A stretch of 64,000 nt of DNA from contig NIVC01002256.1 of assembly GCA_002269645.1 (NCBI GenBank), positions 1-64,000 on the forward strand, read 5' to 3'. Shown here piece after piece: positions 1-11,929 of the stretch. Each line of letters starts with the position of its first letter. Position 1 is the stretch's first letter. The DNA comes from Macrostomum lignano (Eukaryota). The translations under genes were made by a program, and so were the position numbers. Under the pieces are notes generated by a model, which ran no database searches, was not told where the DNA came from, and saw only the letters and a program-made list of their open reading frames with translations.

Positions 1-29
1 GTAGAACTTTATTTTAAGCAAAAGGTAAA

Positions 30-620
30 AGTCCAAGCAATAGCAGAAGGATGCGCGTCATGTAGCTCGATGTCAAATTCAATTCGAATCTTGTTTGTCT
101 CACCGAAAATTTCGATGCGCGCATTTTTTGCCAGATGGCTGCTCAACACACAGAGGAGAAGCCTGAGAAGCTGCATGCATGCATCCGGACAGACTTTGCG
201 GGCACAGCTGGTCTGGCCGACCTGATGACGTCTGTAGTAAACCTTTCTTGCCTCACAGAAACGCAGATGTAATGCTCAACGGCTGAGCTGCTGTGGCTAG
301 TAAATCGACATCTCGCGGAACTCTTTCAAAACCATTAGAGATGGCCCTCCGCTATCCGCACAAGCCTTCTTCTTCAGGTCGTGCCACTCGTTGAGTGTTT
401 TCACCATCTATGTAGCCTTCGTCTTCGTATTCTCAGGATAGTTGTCTTCTATTTTCTGATCGATCTCCGCCTCCGTGGTGATCTTGTGCCTGCGTACATC
501 ATCGCCCTTGACGCTCGCATTCGGCTGCGCCATGGATTTTGTTGTCTCTGTTATCAAGTCGGCTTTGTCGAAATCTATTGCAAATGTGACGAATTTGAAC
601 GCGAGAATGTCTGATTCATC
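30..620 (-). pseudogene. Degenerate Crypton/DUF3504-associated (ZMYM/QRICH1-like) tyrosine-recombinase element, N-terminal fragment
   Basis: Manual minus-strand translation gives ...KITTEAEIDQKIEDNYPENTKTKAT*MVKTLNEWHDL...LSR*ALHLRFCEARK...LLRLLLCVLSSHLAKNARIEIF. This resembles the PxNTkkaTkWavkvFneW / RFxxEaRKxDG / LxxLLCGLqRHL pattern I recall for Crypton-type proteins. There are in-frame stops, including TAG at 408-410 where Trp is expected. Motif recall only. Confidence 0.4.
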
Positions 621-708
621 TTGTCATAGACTATTGAACCCAGAAAAATTTCCTCCCCCATTCACTTGCGTCTAACGAAAGAGATTCCAGATTCTTGGAA
701 GGCTGCGG

Positions 709-765
709 TGTCGACGCCTCCACGCTGTAACCGGATGCCCGGAGCTCCCTGCAGCTAAGTCAAGT
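709..765 (+). mobile_element. 3' terminus of a non-LTR retrotransposon (same family as 4030-4397 and 45808-46330)
   Basis: GTCGACGCCTCCACGCTGTAACCGGATGCCCGGAGCTCCCTGCAGCTAAGTCAAGT aligns with the reverse complement of 45810-45870, including the AAGTCAAGT tail. Confidence 0.6.
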
Positions 766-3700
766 GAGATAAAAACCAAAAAATGACGTAGCAGAAAGGA
801 CACAGGACGACGTTGCATGACTAATGTGCATTCTGTGTGAATGTGTGCATACGCAGGAGTTTCAGTTAGACTTAGTGGCAGCCGCAACCTTTTTGGACGT
901 CAATTTTTGGTGGCTATCTCTTGTCTCTTGGTGGGTATCTCTGTCTCATGGGGGGCATCACCTAATCCTATAGCTGCCTCTTTCAGCTAGGATCGATTGG
1001 GGGGTCTCGCCTCCCTGCCCCACCTGTGTACATCATAGGTATGAATCCCGTGTGCTGTGTGCATGCTGAGAAGTCAATTGAATGGGCATGACAGCTTGCC
1101 TTGTTACTATACATGTATTTAATGTGAATTTTGTTCCTTAGTTGGTGTGAAGTTTCAGGTTTATGAAAATTTGTTTAAATAGGACAATCGAATAATTTGA
1201 TTTATAATCAGATTTTGTTTATTTAATTAGTGATTTTATTTGAAGAAGCAACAAATAAATGATGAAGGTTACACACGTTGTTATATATTGCCGCAATCCA
1301 ATACCTGTCTGAGCAAGTGTCTTGGTGGAATGAAAAAAATCAATTAACTTTAGCTAGTCTAGACACTACTAAGGCAAATTAATAAGTAGCAGGATAGTTT
1401 CCGAAACCTCAAATTGCAGACACCTCAAGTGAATTGCTATCACAGAAAAAATCTTAATTGCAACTGGGAAAATGAAGCTCGTTATAGATATAACCTAAGA
1501 ACTCCCTATCTCGCCAATGCATTTTGCCGAAAAAATGATTTGGGAGTGCAGCATCGATCCTTCTTCAGCTGTCGAAGAGGCATAGGGATGCTTTTATGAT
1601 AAATATATGAGCTAAAGGAATCTGCGCACGCAAGCAAAAATTACAATTAAAAAAGCGCTTGCTAAGGTAAATAAACAAACATTTTTTATCCGTTGATAAC
1701 GTAAAACTACAATATAAATTTTAAGCGTAAAATGGCGAAAATAAAAATCCTACCCGTTTAACTATTAACCTGATATGACGTGATTAACACAGCATAGAGG
1801 TATGACGTAATCAAATTTGAATGACGTCATCAACAGAAAATTATTGGATTATTAACATACAACACATGCTACGTTTTCTTTGCCGATGCTGCTGCCGCAG
1901 GTGTCGTCGACGAAGCTGGAACAGCTGGTTTATCATCCTGGGGTGCAGCGACTTTGCTATCCGCGGGAGACTGCAGCTTCTGGCCTGTCAATGATTTAAC
2001 CTGGCCTTCCAGCAGTTCAATGCGTTTGTTGGCAGCGGCCAGAGTGTCCGTCAACTGCTTCTCGGACTTCTGTCGTTCCGCTGTCTGCGACTCCAGCCCT
2101 TGGTGATGGAGGTGTTGGAAATGGTATCTTACAAGCTCAGCAACTCAGCTGGGTGCATACTGGTGGTATCATCTCTCCATTTCCTCATCTTCTCCTAACT
2201 GCACTGATCCACTGAAGGGCGGATTTCCTGAAAAAAAAACACTGCGGAGATAGAAATCAATGATTGCATTTGATTGAATTTTGCATCTGGGGCACTGAAG
2301 ATTGCCATTCTTTAAATTTAGCATGCACAGCATGTTACCCTGTTATCATTTATAAAGTTGCGCAGTGAAAGTTTTTTTTCACATGGTTATTTAATAAGCC
2401 CAAAGTAAAACCGCTCACAAGTAGCATGGACTGAAATTTTTGCTTCGTTACTTTTCTGAATAAAGCGTATTTCTATTAAATAACTAGGCTAGGCCTGGCT
2501 TGAAAGTTAATTGCTTTTTAAGACTAGGTCAACAGCAATATAAAGAATGATAGTTGGTACGATCTGGTCTGCAAACATTGTCTACATTTAATAATTATTT
2601 TGACAGGAATTAGAATAGCCATTATTACTAACATGCGTTGAAATGAAACTATACCTACAATAATGACATAAGAGTCAAGTGTATTTTTCTCAGGAAATTG
2701 GCCTCCAAAAAACTACGCGATCTTTGAGTTTTAGGTCCTGTTATACTACAGTGATCCTTGATGACATGTTCGATTGAATGCGGAGCCTCGCAGATCTTGA
2801 TCTTGATACATCAATTGACGAGTTGGAGGAAAGTGTTTCCGAGTGTCGGTACCCGCAAGGACGACTAAAGTAGTCCTTGGGTACCCGACGTTACGGATCT
2901 GTACGATAACTAATTGTTGCGATGACAGACAACCGACAGGCCGGCAACCGTCTGTGTTGCGATCAATTCCGTAGATGTAGCTGTCTCTGCGCCAGCGACC
3001 CAATCTGAATGCCAGCTACTGCCTTCTGATTCATGATAAATTGCTCGAGATACGATTGCAACCATAGAAAAACCTTATTCACAGCACGCTTGGGCGTTTC
3101 CGTGTCTTTTTAATTTATTGGTGCACCTACGCCATGCCATGTAAGCTCTACTCTTGCAACTGATGCTTGTGAATCTTATGCTTTATAAACACCCTTTGTG
3201 ATGTAATGGTGGCGCCATCGGTAATCGTTTGCTGTGTGCATGATAAGGGGCGTTACACAATGTTAAAGCTTCCTGAAACCTATCGGAGAAATTTTTATTG
3301 AGTGCGCTTCTTCGATTGGGCCATCTATTGGACAGGGGGGATTGCGGCCCCCTTGTCTCCTGGCTACGCCCTTGGTTGGCCCTCAGCTCGTGGGTTTGAA
3401 AAGTTCGACAAGCTGATGTGGACACGCACGAAATCGAATTCAAGTATGCCCCTTGATCGGTGGTGCTTCATTTTAGTTGTTTTTGGGCCTGGAGTGTTTG
3501 TCTTCGCGCTTAGTCTCTACCGTAGCACCCATATAACTTCCGCATGGAGCCTCGCGCACGCAGTGACACACACACCTCCCACAATTCTTGCTATTTTTCT
3601 CCCAGACTAAATCGTTTAATCTGCAGCTAGAATTCCCCTACAAAGGGGAAGATTAGGTCTAAACCAAGGGCAACAGCTGCAAAGAAATGGAGCAGAGACA

Positions 3701-4029
3701 GTCCAACAGATTCGCAACCTATAACTGACCCCAGTTGAAACATTAGGTAAAACAATGACAAGTCAAGGAATGCACCAGGGACGAAATGCACACGTTGTTG
3801 AGTTTATACTCACTGTTTTTGTACTGCTCCGCAACCTGACGCTCTGAGTCGTATTTTGCGCCCCATTCTCGGCTGGCCCTGAGGCAATCTGCATTGATTG
3901 ATACAGGTTGAGTGGAGGTGGCAGTGAGTAGCAAATAACAATTAAACTGCCCTTGTTTTTTATAAACTTGCATACAGTCAACATTAACGTTGGATTTTAA
4001 CTCCGACCCATGATTTGCTACGACTTTAC

Positions 4030-4397
4030 TCAACCGCAGGGACATTAGGGTAGTAACCATGGCCCTCTTCGCTTCGCTTTGGCATTGCTACCTCCAGGGA
4101 AAATCATATGCCTAATTCTACATCTCCGGTGCTGAAAATGCGGAGAACTTCATCTGCGATTGTCCTGAATTTACTCACGACTCATTACTAATTTACTCAG
4201 GCTTACCTACCTCGGACTAAACCGGCGACGGGTCTCTCAGGCCCGAGAATTTCTGCCGCTACGTAAAAGGCTACCCGGACTCTCTGGAGAGGGCTTGCGC
4301 TGCCTGAACAGCTCCCTGCGCCTGCGCGACAATACTATAGCTGCCCCTTGTTCGCCAGGCGCCTCCCCGCTGCATCCGGATGCCCGGAACCCCCTAT
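4030..4397 (+). mobile_element. Decayed LINE (LOA/I/R1-like) 3' fragment
   Basis: AACCGCAGGGACATTAGGGTAGTAACCATGGCCCTC...CTACCTCCAGGGAAAATC...CAGGCCCGAGAATTTCTGCC...CCGGATGCCCGGAACCCCCT is collinear with the reverse complement of 45830-46260. Confidence 0.65.
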
Positions 4398-6410
4398 TAG
4401 TTATACGTATTACGTAGGCAAGTCATGAAGCAGGGAGGCGGGGAGTCAAGACCATCTGAAGCCGAAGCTAGTTTTTGGTTTCGTGAGTTCAAAAAGGGCA
4501 GAACGAGCCCCACTCTGGTCCACCTTTGAATACAACCACACCTGAAAAGGCTGAGCAACTGCTGCTACTGCTAATTTGTGGAAATTCGAAAAATTGCGTC
4601 TCAAAGCAAATGGACTTTATAGTTTCTGTTGAAGAAATAAATATGGATGGAATGATGGATATGGATGGATTTACGACTACGATCCCAAAACTATGTACGA
4701 GCTAGCAGTCGACGATGTAGCAGTTCCCCGCTGAAGGTTAGGAATCGGGAAACTTTGCCTTACGAAGGTCCAGTGTTCGTTGAGTGTCGATAAACAAATA
4801 ATTTGTCACAGTTTTGTTGCAAAAATCTGGACTTGTTTTACCGTCCTAACCGCTAAATGAGATAAAGGAGGTGAACTCCAGTTAGTAAGCTCGTACATCA
4901 CCATTAGCTTGCCCAAAGTCATCCAGGAGCTCCACAACCAACAAGATTCTGCTACATTTACACCCATGATAAACCACGTCGATATCGCCTCCACCCACAC
5001 CGCATCAGCGACTCTGAAGATTTTGCATGGCCGCAAAAGCGTGTCACGAATCCGACTCATTCAATATACCTCGCACCCTGAAACTTCTGGATATTCCCCA
5101 GAAGGAAATCCTGGCTACGCCACTGTCGAAAATGGCATAATTGGCATGCCTAATTACTTTTAGCACGGCCCTCTAATTTCGTCGAAGAGTGAAAAAACAT
5201 AATTAAACAAACTAGCAATTTACCTTGATATTTGTTAACAATATCCCTGCTAAATAGTTCTTCTTCGTGTGATTTTCTCGTTATAGAATCAATATGAGAC
5301 GTCTTTACTTGATTTCTGTACGCCAGAAATGAGACGAGACAAAGAACTAGTACTGCAAATATGCCGATTTGTTTACTGTTTCCGGAGGTCATCTCTCTAC
5401 TTTAATATTCGTTTTGTTTTCTTCGAAAATTTCTGGTCTTTCAAAATACACTAAAGTTTGTGATGTAATTATCGCGAATAGATCTTGATTGTTTACATAG
5501 CAAGAAGCATAAATATAAGACAAAAGTGAAAAATACTTTCAATGACGAACAAAAGCTATGATTCACTAAGTGGATAATAACTACGCGGGCGTCTTCAGTG
5601 TTGGTGGTTGTGACAAAATAATTTTTAATGAACTGGATGTTCAGGAGAAATTGTCTGTAATTTTCAAACCTGTGCGATAATTCACAATAGCTATCCTAAC
5701 AGTAAAAACGAACCGGCTTCAGCAATAAATTCAGAAAACTGCATAAGAAACGAATTTTTGTTTTGCTTATTTAATATTGAAAGTTTTTTTCATGATACAT
5801 TTGTTATTTTGCAAGTAGAAGTTAATTTCATTTTCAAACATCGATTAACTAAGAACTGTAAAAATCAACAACCTTTCGTGTTATTATGGTTTCAAAAAAC
5901 AGCACCGGGTCGAACCGAACCTTTTCAGCTTCAATATTTTGTTCTCAGCATCTGTTCCTTAACTGTATCATTGTGACGTTTCCTGAAAAGGCTTACAGAC
6001 ATTTAAATTATATAAAGATTTATTATGCTTTTTTTGCTGCGGTTCTAGATCTAAGATGTGGTCCGTCCGACCGTCCGTGGAATATTCTAGAATCTAGTTC
6101 TTGAAACCAGTTTTCGGGAAAGGGGTTATAATAGGCCTAGTCATTAGAATTTAGAACTGAATAAGCCAAACAGCTGCTTACCCGAGCCGAATACTCACTT
6201 CTTATTCTAAAAAAATTACATGCATAAATGCATTCAGCATTAATATTCCTATTTATGCCAAAAAAGTTAAAACTGACATTGACAATCTTATTCTTAGTTA
6301 GGCCTAAGATCTATGGGCACAATGTTAATAGCCTTAAGCATTAAAATTTTCATTGCCACCAAACAGCAAAACTAAGCTTGCTGAAATGTTGCATAGGCCT
6401 ATATAGACAT

Positions 6411-6803
6411 TAGAGGTCGGATGGGATTGAAATCTTCGGGCGGGATCGGGATCGGGAATAATTTTTTTCTCGGGATCGGGATTGGGATTCAGGAATCGGG
6501 ATCAGGTCTTTTAGTGTATTGTCAATGTAAAGTTAAACGAAATTGAGAAAAGATTGTCAAGATCAAGAAGTAAAACACAACGAAATTGATATGAAGTTTT
6601 GTAACCAACAAAGTAAATAATGTAACAAGTATAAGTTAAAGCAAAATACTTTCAAGTAATCACTAATTCTACAAATTATTAATCAAAAGACCTGTTCCCG
6701 AATCTCGAGTTTTTTAGGGTCGGGATTCTGGTCCCGCGGGAATTCAATTTTCCTCGGGATCCCGAGATTTCGGGATCGGGATCGGGATCCCGTCTGACCT
6801 CTA
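6411..6803. mobile_element. Non-autonomous hAT MITE (393 bp)
   Basis: TIRs are TAGAGGTCGGATGGGAT / ATCCCGTCTGACCTCTA (2 mismatches). The 8-bp TSD ATAGACAT is perfect at 6403-6410 and 6804-6811. Subterminal CGGGAT motifs are repeated. Confidence 0.9.
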
Positions 6804-7259
6804 ATAGACATAGCATATTATACTAGCTAAAGTTTTGCCCCCCTTCGGGGAGCAGAAATAATTAATATTCGTCTAATATAATATACCTTTTAGCAGGAGT
6901 ACTTTAAGTGTTTTTCTTAAGCTTAAGCTTAAAATAGGAATTTTTGGAGATCGTTAATAACGCATTTTAGGTAAAACAAAACTATCAACTTTTTACAGTT
7001 TTTAGTTTAGAGCCCTGTATATGTCAACGTGTTTGATAAAAATTATTTTTATCATTTTTGATAAAAAATGGCCTTCGGGGTGGCCAATAAGCAAGGGACG
7101 AATCCTTTTAAATGAAAAAAAATTCTTAGGGAGGGGGGCTAGGAATCGAATTCTCATTTTAATTCCAGGCTTATGTACCAATAAAACATGTTTGTGCAGA
7201 ATTTTATAACAGACATTGAAATTCAACCATACTTGCCTTCTTTCAGAGCTACTTCTACC

Positions 7260-8230
7260 AGTATGCTTCAGTACGCTACCAGTACCCTTGTAAGCCTTGA
7301 CATGTCAGCAATCCCCCCCTACAAGCCTTAACATATCAACTCCCCCCTTGACATCTCAGCAATGCTCCCACAAGCCTTGAAATCTTAAAAAATCTGTCTT
7401 TTTTCTAACCCTAACCCTAACCCTAACCCTAACCCTAAAGCATTGAAATTTCAGTAATTCTCTCTAAGAGTCTATAGCACTACTACAGCATTATAGCGAT
7501 TCCCTGCAAGCCTCGACATCGTAGGGATTCCCAAATGAATCTCTTAACTTTGACATGAAGCTTCTTTTTTTTTTACATTACGCTTTTTCTATCAGCGATC
7601 CCTCCCGTGAGGAGCCAACAAATAATGTAATAACTTTTTTCCAATAAACTACATGTAGCTTCTGACATTAGCCTTGACATCTCATTTATTCCCCCGTGAG
7701 CCTTGACATCTCAGCTATAGATAGATAGATAGATTCCCCTCGTAAGCCTTGACCTGTCAGCGATGCCCCCCATAAACCTTGAAATCTAAAAAATCCCCTG
7801 TTAACCTTGAAACGCGCTAAAATCTAACCCTCAACCCAAACCTGACGTAAACCTAACTTTCACCCAACCTAAAGCCTTGAAATCACAGCAATTCTTCTTC
7901 CCTAAGCCTTGGCATTTAAGTGATTCCTTCTTTAAGAATCACAGCACTATAACGATTCCCTCCAAGCTTTGACATCGTAGCAATTCCTAAATGAATCTTT
8001 TAACTTTGACATGACTTTTATTTTATGTATACATAGTGCTCCTTTTATTTTTACATGACTCTTCTTCTATCAGCGCCCCCCCCACCGTGGCAAGCCAACA
8101 AAGAATGCAATAAAAAACTTAAGTAAAGTACATGTACTTTGAAGTAGCTTCTGACTTTTGCTTTAACATCTCAGAAACCCCCCTGTAATCTCAGTTATTC
8201 TCTGTGAGCCTTGACGTCTCAGTAATTCTC
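7260..8230. repeat. Diverged tandem duplication (~450-500 bp units) built from AGCCTTGACATCTCAGC-like submotifs
   Basis: 7440-7700 aligns with 7870-8220 (shared blocks GACATCGTAG..ATTCC.AAATGAATC, AACTTTGACATGA, TTCTATCAGCG, AGCCAACAAA). Confidence 0.7.
7405..7438. repeat. Interstitial telomere-like (CCCTAA)n, about 5 units
   Basis: CTAACCCTAACCCTAACCCTAACCCTAACCCTAA read directly. Confidence 0.85.
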
Positions 8231-8399
8231 CCCAGCACAGCACTGTACTATAGCTTTATTTAATTTTTATATGACATTTCTTTCATGTCTGACATGACGC
8301 TTCTTTTGATTTTTACGTTACGCTTCTTTTATTCTTCCATGATGCTTCTTAATTTTTTAAATGACACACTTTCATTAGTTTTTATATGAGGCTTCTATA

Positions 8400-9305
8400 A
8401 TTTTTTCATGACGCTTCTATGCTTGTTTACATGACGCTTGTATGATTTTTACATGACGCTTCTATGATTGTTTACATGACGCTTGTATGATTGTTTACAT
8501 GACGCTTCTATGATTTTTTACATGACGCTTTTATGATTTTTACATGACGCTTCTATGATTTTTTACATGACGCTTCTATGATTTTTACATGACGCTTCTA
8601 TGATTTTTACATGACGCTTCTATGATTTTTACATGACGCTTCTATGATTTTTACATGACGCTTCTATGATTGTTTACATGACGCTTCTATGATTGTATAC
8701 ATGACGCTTCTATGATTGTTTACATGACGCTTTTATGATTGTTTACATGACGCTTCTATGATTTTTACATGACGCTTCTATGATTTTTACATGACGCTTC
8801 TATGATTTTTACATGACGCTTCTATGATTGTTTACATGACGCTTCTATGATTTTAACATGACGCTTCTATGATTTTTTTACATGACGCTTCTATGATTGT
8901 TTACATGACGCTTGTATGATTGTTTACATGACGCTTGTATGATTTTAACATGACACTTCTATGATTGTTTACATTACGCTTCTATGATTGCTTGCATGAC
9001 GCTTCTATGATTTTTTATGACGCTTTTATGATTTTAACATGACGCTTCTATGATTTTTTTACATGACGCTTCTATGATTGTTTACATGATGCTTGTATGA
9101 TTGTTTACATGACGCTTTTATGATTTTAACATGACGCTTCTATGATTGTTTACATGACGCTTCTATGATTTTTACATGACGCTTCTATGATTTTTACATG
9201 ACGCTTCTATGATTGTTTACATGACGCTTCTATGATTGTTTACATGACGCTTCTATGATTGTTTACATGACGCTTGTATGATTGTTTACATGACGCTTCC
9301 ATAAT
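8400..9305. repeat. 22-23 bp minisatellite (TTACATGACGCTTCTATGATTGT / ...GATTTT), about 40 units
   Basis: Direct periodicity. Confidence 0.95.
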
Positions 9306-9358
9306 TTTTTTGTCTTGGCGTTAAAAGGCTTTAATTAAAAAAGCTCTACTCTCTAAAA

Positions 9359-9418
9359 ATTCGAACCATCGTCCCTGCATTTAGCAGTTTAGTCTGTTTA
9401 CCTCTAGGCTAGCTCTCA
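9359..9418 (-). mobile_element. Degenerate tRNA-derived SINE head
   Basis: The minus strand has A-box-like TAGCCTAGAGGTAA and B-box GGTTCGAAT. It is homologous to 11869-11929. Confidence 0.5.
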
Positions 9419-9464
9419 TGAATTTTAGTCATTACCCCTAAATAGAAAATATTCCCAAGACAGC

Positions 9465-9670
9465 AAGCATCCCCCCAGTAGCAAGCATCCCCTAATACTC
9501 CTAGCAAGCATCCACCCAGATAGCAAGCATCTGCAGATAGCAAGCATCTTGCAGATAGCAAGCATCTTGCAGATAGCAAGCATACCCTAAATAATGTAGA
9601 AGCATCCTTCCAGATAGCAAGCATCCTGCACATAGCAAGAATCCCTAAATAGCAAGCATCCCTGGATAGA
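9465..9670. repeat. Degenerate ~19-20 bp repeat (ATAGCAAGCATC core)
   Basis: AGCAAGCATC recurs about 9 times. Confidence 0.75.
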
Positions 9671-9699
9671 AATAATCCTATACATGTAGCCAAGCTTAT

Positions 9700-11795
9700 C
9701 AAGCGCAGTAATCCTTGGCTATCGAGTGCAGTAATCCTTGGTTTATTAATAGCAATAATCCATGGCTTATCGAGTGCAGTAATCCTTGGTTTATTAATAG
9801 CAATAATCCTTGGCTTATCGAGTGCAGTAATTCATGGTTTATTAATAGCAATAATCCTTGGCTTATCGAGTGCAGTAATCCTTGGTTTATTAATAGCAAT
9901 AATCCATGCCTTATCGAGTGCAGTAATCCTTGGTTTGCCAAGAGCAATAGTCCTTGGCTTATCGAGTGCAGTAATCCTTGATTTGCCAAGAGCAATAGTC
10001 CTTGGTTTATTGAGTGCAGTAATCCTTGGTTTATTAATAGCAATAGTCCTTGGTTTATTGAGTGCAGTAATCCTTGGTTTATTAATAGCAATAATCCTTG
10101 GCTTATCGAGTGCAGTAATCCTTGGTTTGCCAAGTGCATAATCCTTGGTTTATCGAGTGCAGTAATCCTTGGTTTATTAATAGCAATAATCCTTGGCTTA
10201 TCGAGTGCAGTAATCCTTGGTTTATTAATAGCAATAATCCATGGCTTATCGAGTGCAGTAATCCTTGGTTTGCCAAGAGCAATAGTCCTTGGCTTATCGA
10301 GTGCAGTAATCCTTGGTTTGCCAAGAGCAATAGTCCTTGGTTTATTGAGTGCAGTAATCCTTGGTTTATTAATAGCAATAGTCCTTGGTTTATTGAGTGC
10401 AGTAATCCTTGGTTTATTAATAGCAATAATCCTTGGCTTATCGAGTGCAGTAATCCTTGGTTTGCCAAGTGCATAATCCTTGGTTTATCGAGTGCAGTAA
10501 TCCTTGGTTTATTAATAGCAATAATCCTTGGCTTATCGAGTGCAGTAATCCTTGGTTTATTAATAGCAATAATCCATGGCTTATCGAGTGCAGTAATCCT
10601 TGGTTTGCCAAGAGCAATAGTCCTTGGCTTATCGAGTGCAGTAATCCTTGGTTTGCCAAGAGCAATAGTCCTTGGTTTATTGAGTGCAGTAATCCTTGGT
10701 TTATTAATAGCAATAGTCCTTGGTTTATTGAGTGCAGTAATCCTTGGTTTATTAATAGCAATAATCCTTGGCTTATCGAGTGCAGTAATCCTTGGTTTGC
10801 CAAGTGCATAATCCTTGGTTTATTAATAGCAATAATCCTTGGCTTATCGAGTGCAGTAATCCTTGGTTTATTAATAGCAATAATCCTTGGTTTATCGAGT
10901 GCATTAATCCTTGGTTTATTAATAGCAATAATCCTTGGCTTATCGAGTGCAGTAATCCTTGGTTTATTAATAGCAATAATCCTTGGCTTATCGAGTGCAG
11001 TAATCCTTGGTTTGCCAAGAGCAATAGTCCTTGGTTTTTTGAGTGCAGTAATCCTTGGTTTATTAATAGCAATAGTCCTTGGTTTATTGAGTGCAGTAAT
11101 GCTTGGTTTATTAATAGCAATAATCCTTGGCTTATCGATTGCAGTAATCCTTGGTTTGCCAAGTGCATAATCCTTGGTTTATTAATAGCAATAATCCTTG
11201 GTTTATCGAGTGCAGTAATCCTTGGTTTATTAATAGCAATAATCCATGGCTTATCGAGTGCAGTAATCCTTGGTTTGCCAAGAGCAATAGTCCTTGGCTT
11301 ATCGAGTGCAGTAATCCTTGGTTTGCCAAGAGCAATAGTCCTTGGTTTATTGAGTGCAGTAATCCTTGGTTTATTAATAGCAATAGTCATTGGCTTATCG
11401 AGTGCAGTAATCCTTGGTTTATTAATAGCAATAATCCTTGGTTTATCGAGTGCAGTAATCCTTGGTTTATTAATAGCAATAATCCTTGGCTTATCGAGTG
11501 CAGTAATCCTTGGTTTATTAATAGCAATAATCCATGGCTTATGAGTGCAGTAATCCTTGGTTTATTAATAGCAATAATCCTTGGCTTATCGAGTGCAGTA
11601 ATTCATGGTTTATTAATAGCAATAATCCTTGGCTTATCGAGTGCAGTAATCCTTGGTTTATTAATAGCAATAATCCATGGCTTATCGAGTGCAGTAATCC
11701 TTGGTTTGCCAAGAGCAATAATCCTTGGCTTATCGAGTGCAGTATTCCTTGGTTTGCCAAGAGCAATAATCCTTAGCTTATCGAGTGCAGTAATC
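9700..11795. repeat. 24-bp-monomer satellite with a 335-bp higher-order repeat
   Basis: Monomers are CAGTAATCCTTGGTTTATTAATAG / CAATAATCCTTGGCTTATCGAGTG / ...TTGCCAAGAG. The marker variant GCCAAGTGCATAAT starts at 10129, 10464, 10799 and 11158. Confidence 0.95.
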
Positions 11796-11868
11796 TAAGT
11801 GTTTTTATTTAGTCCTTTAATAAAAGCTTTTAATAAAAAATTTTACACTACTACTTTTAAACTACTTA

Positions 11869-11929
11869 GATTCGAACCCAGGTCGCTGCATTAGCAGTCT
11901 GGTCTGCTCAGCTCTAGGCTAGCTCTCAT
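11869..11929 (-). mobile_element. Degenerate tRNA-derived SINE head
   Basis: Minus strand reads GAGAGCTAGCCTAGAGCTGAGCAGACCAGACTGCTAATGCAGCGACCTGGGTTCGAATC, with B-box GGTTCGAATC. Confidence 0.5.

Noticed and set aside
9409-11798. Many long ORFs (e.g. 10122-10811, 10457-11170, 10792-11544)
   Set aside because: They are translations of the 24-bp satellite in several frames and both strands, with no non-repetitive domain.
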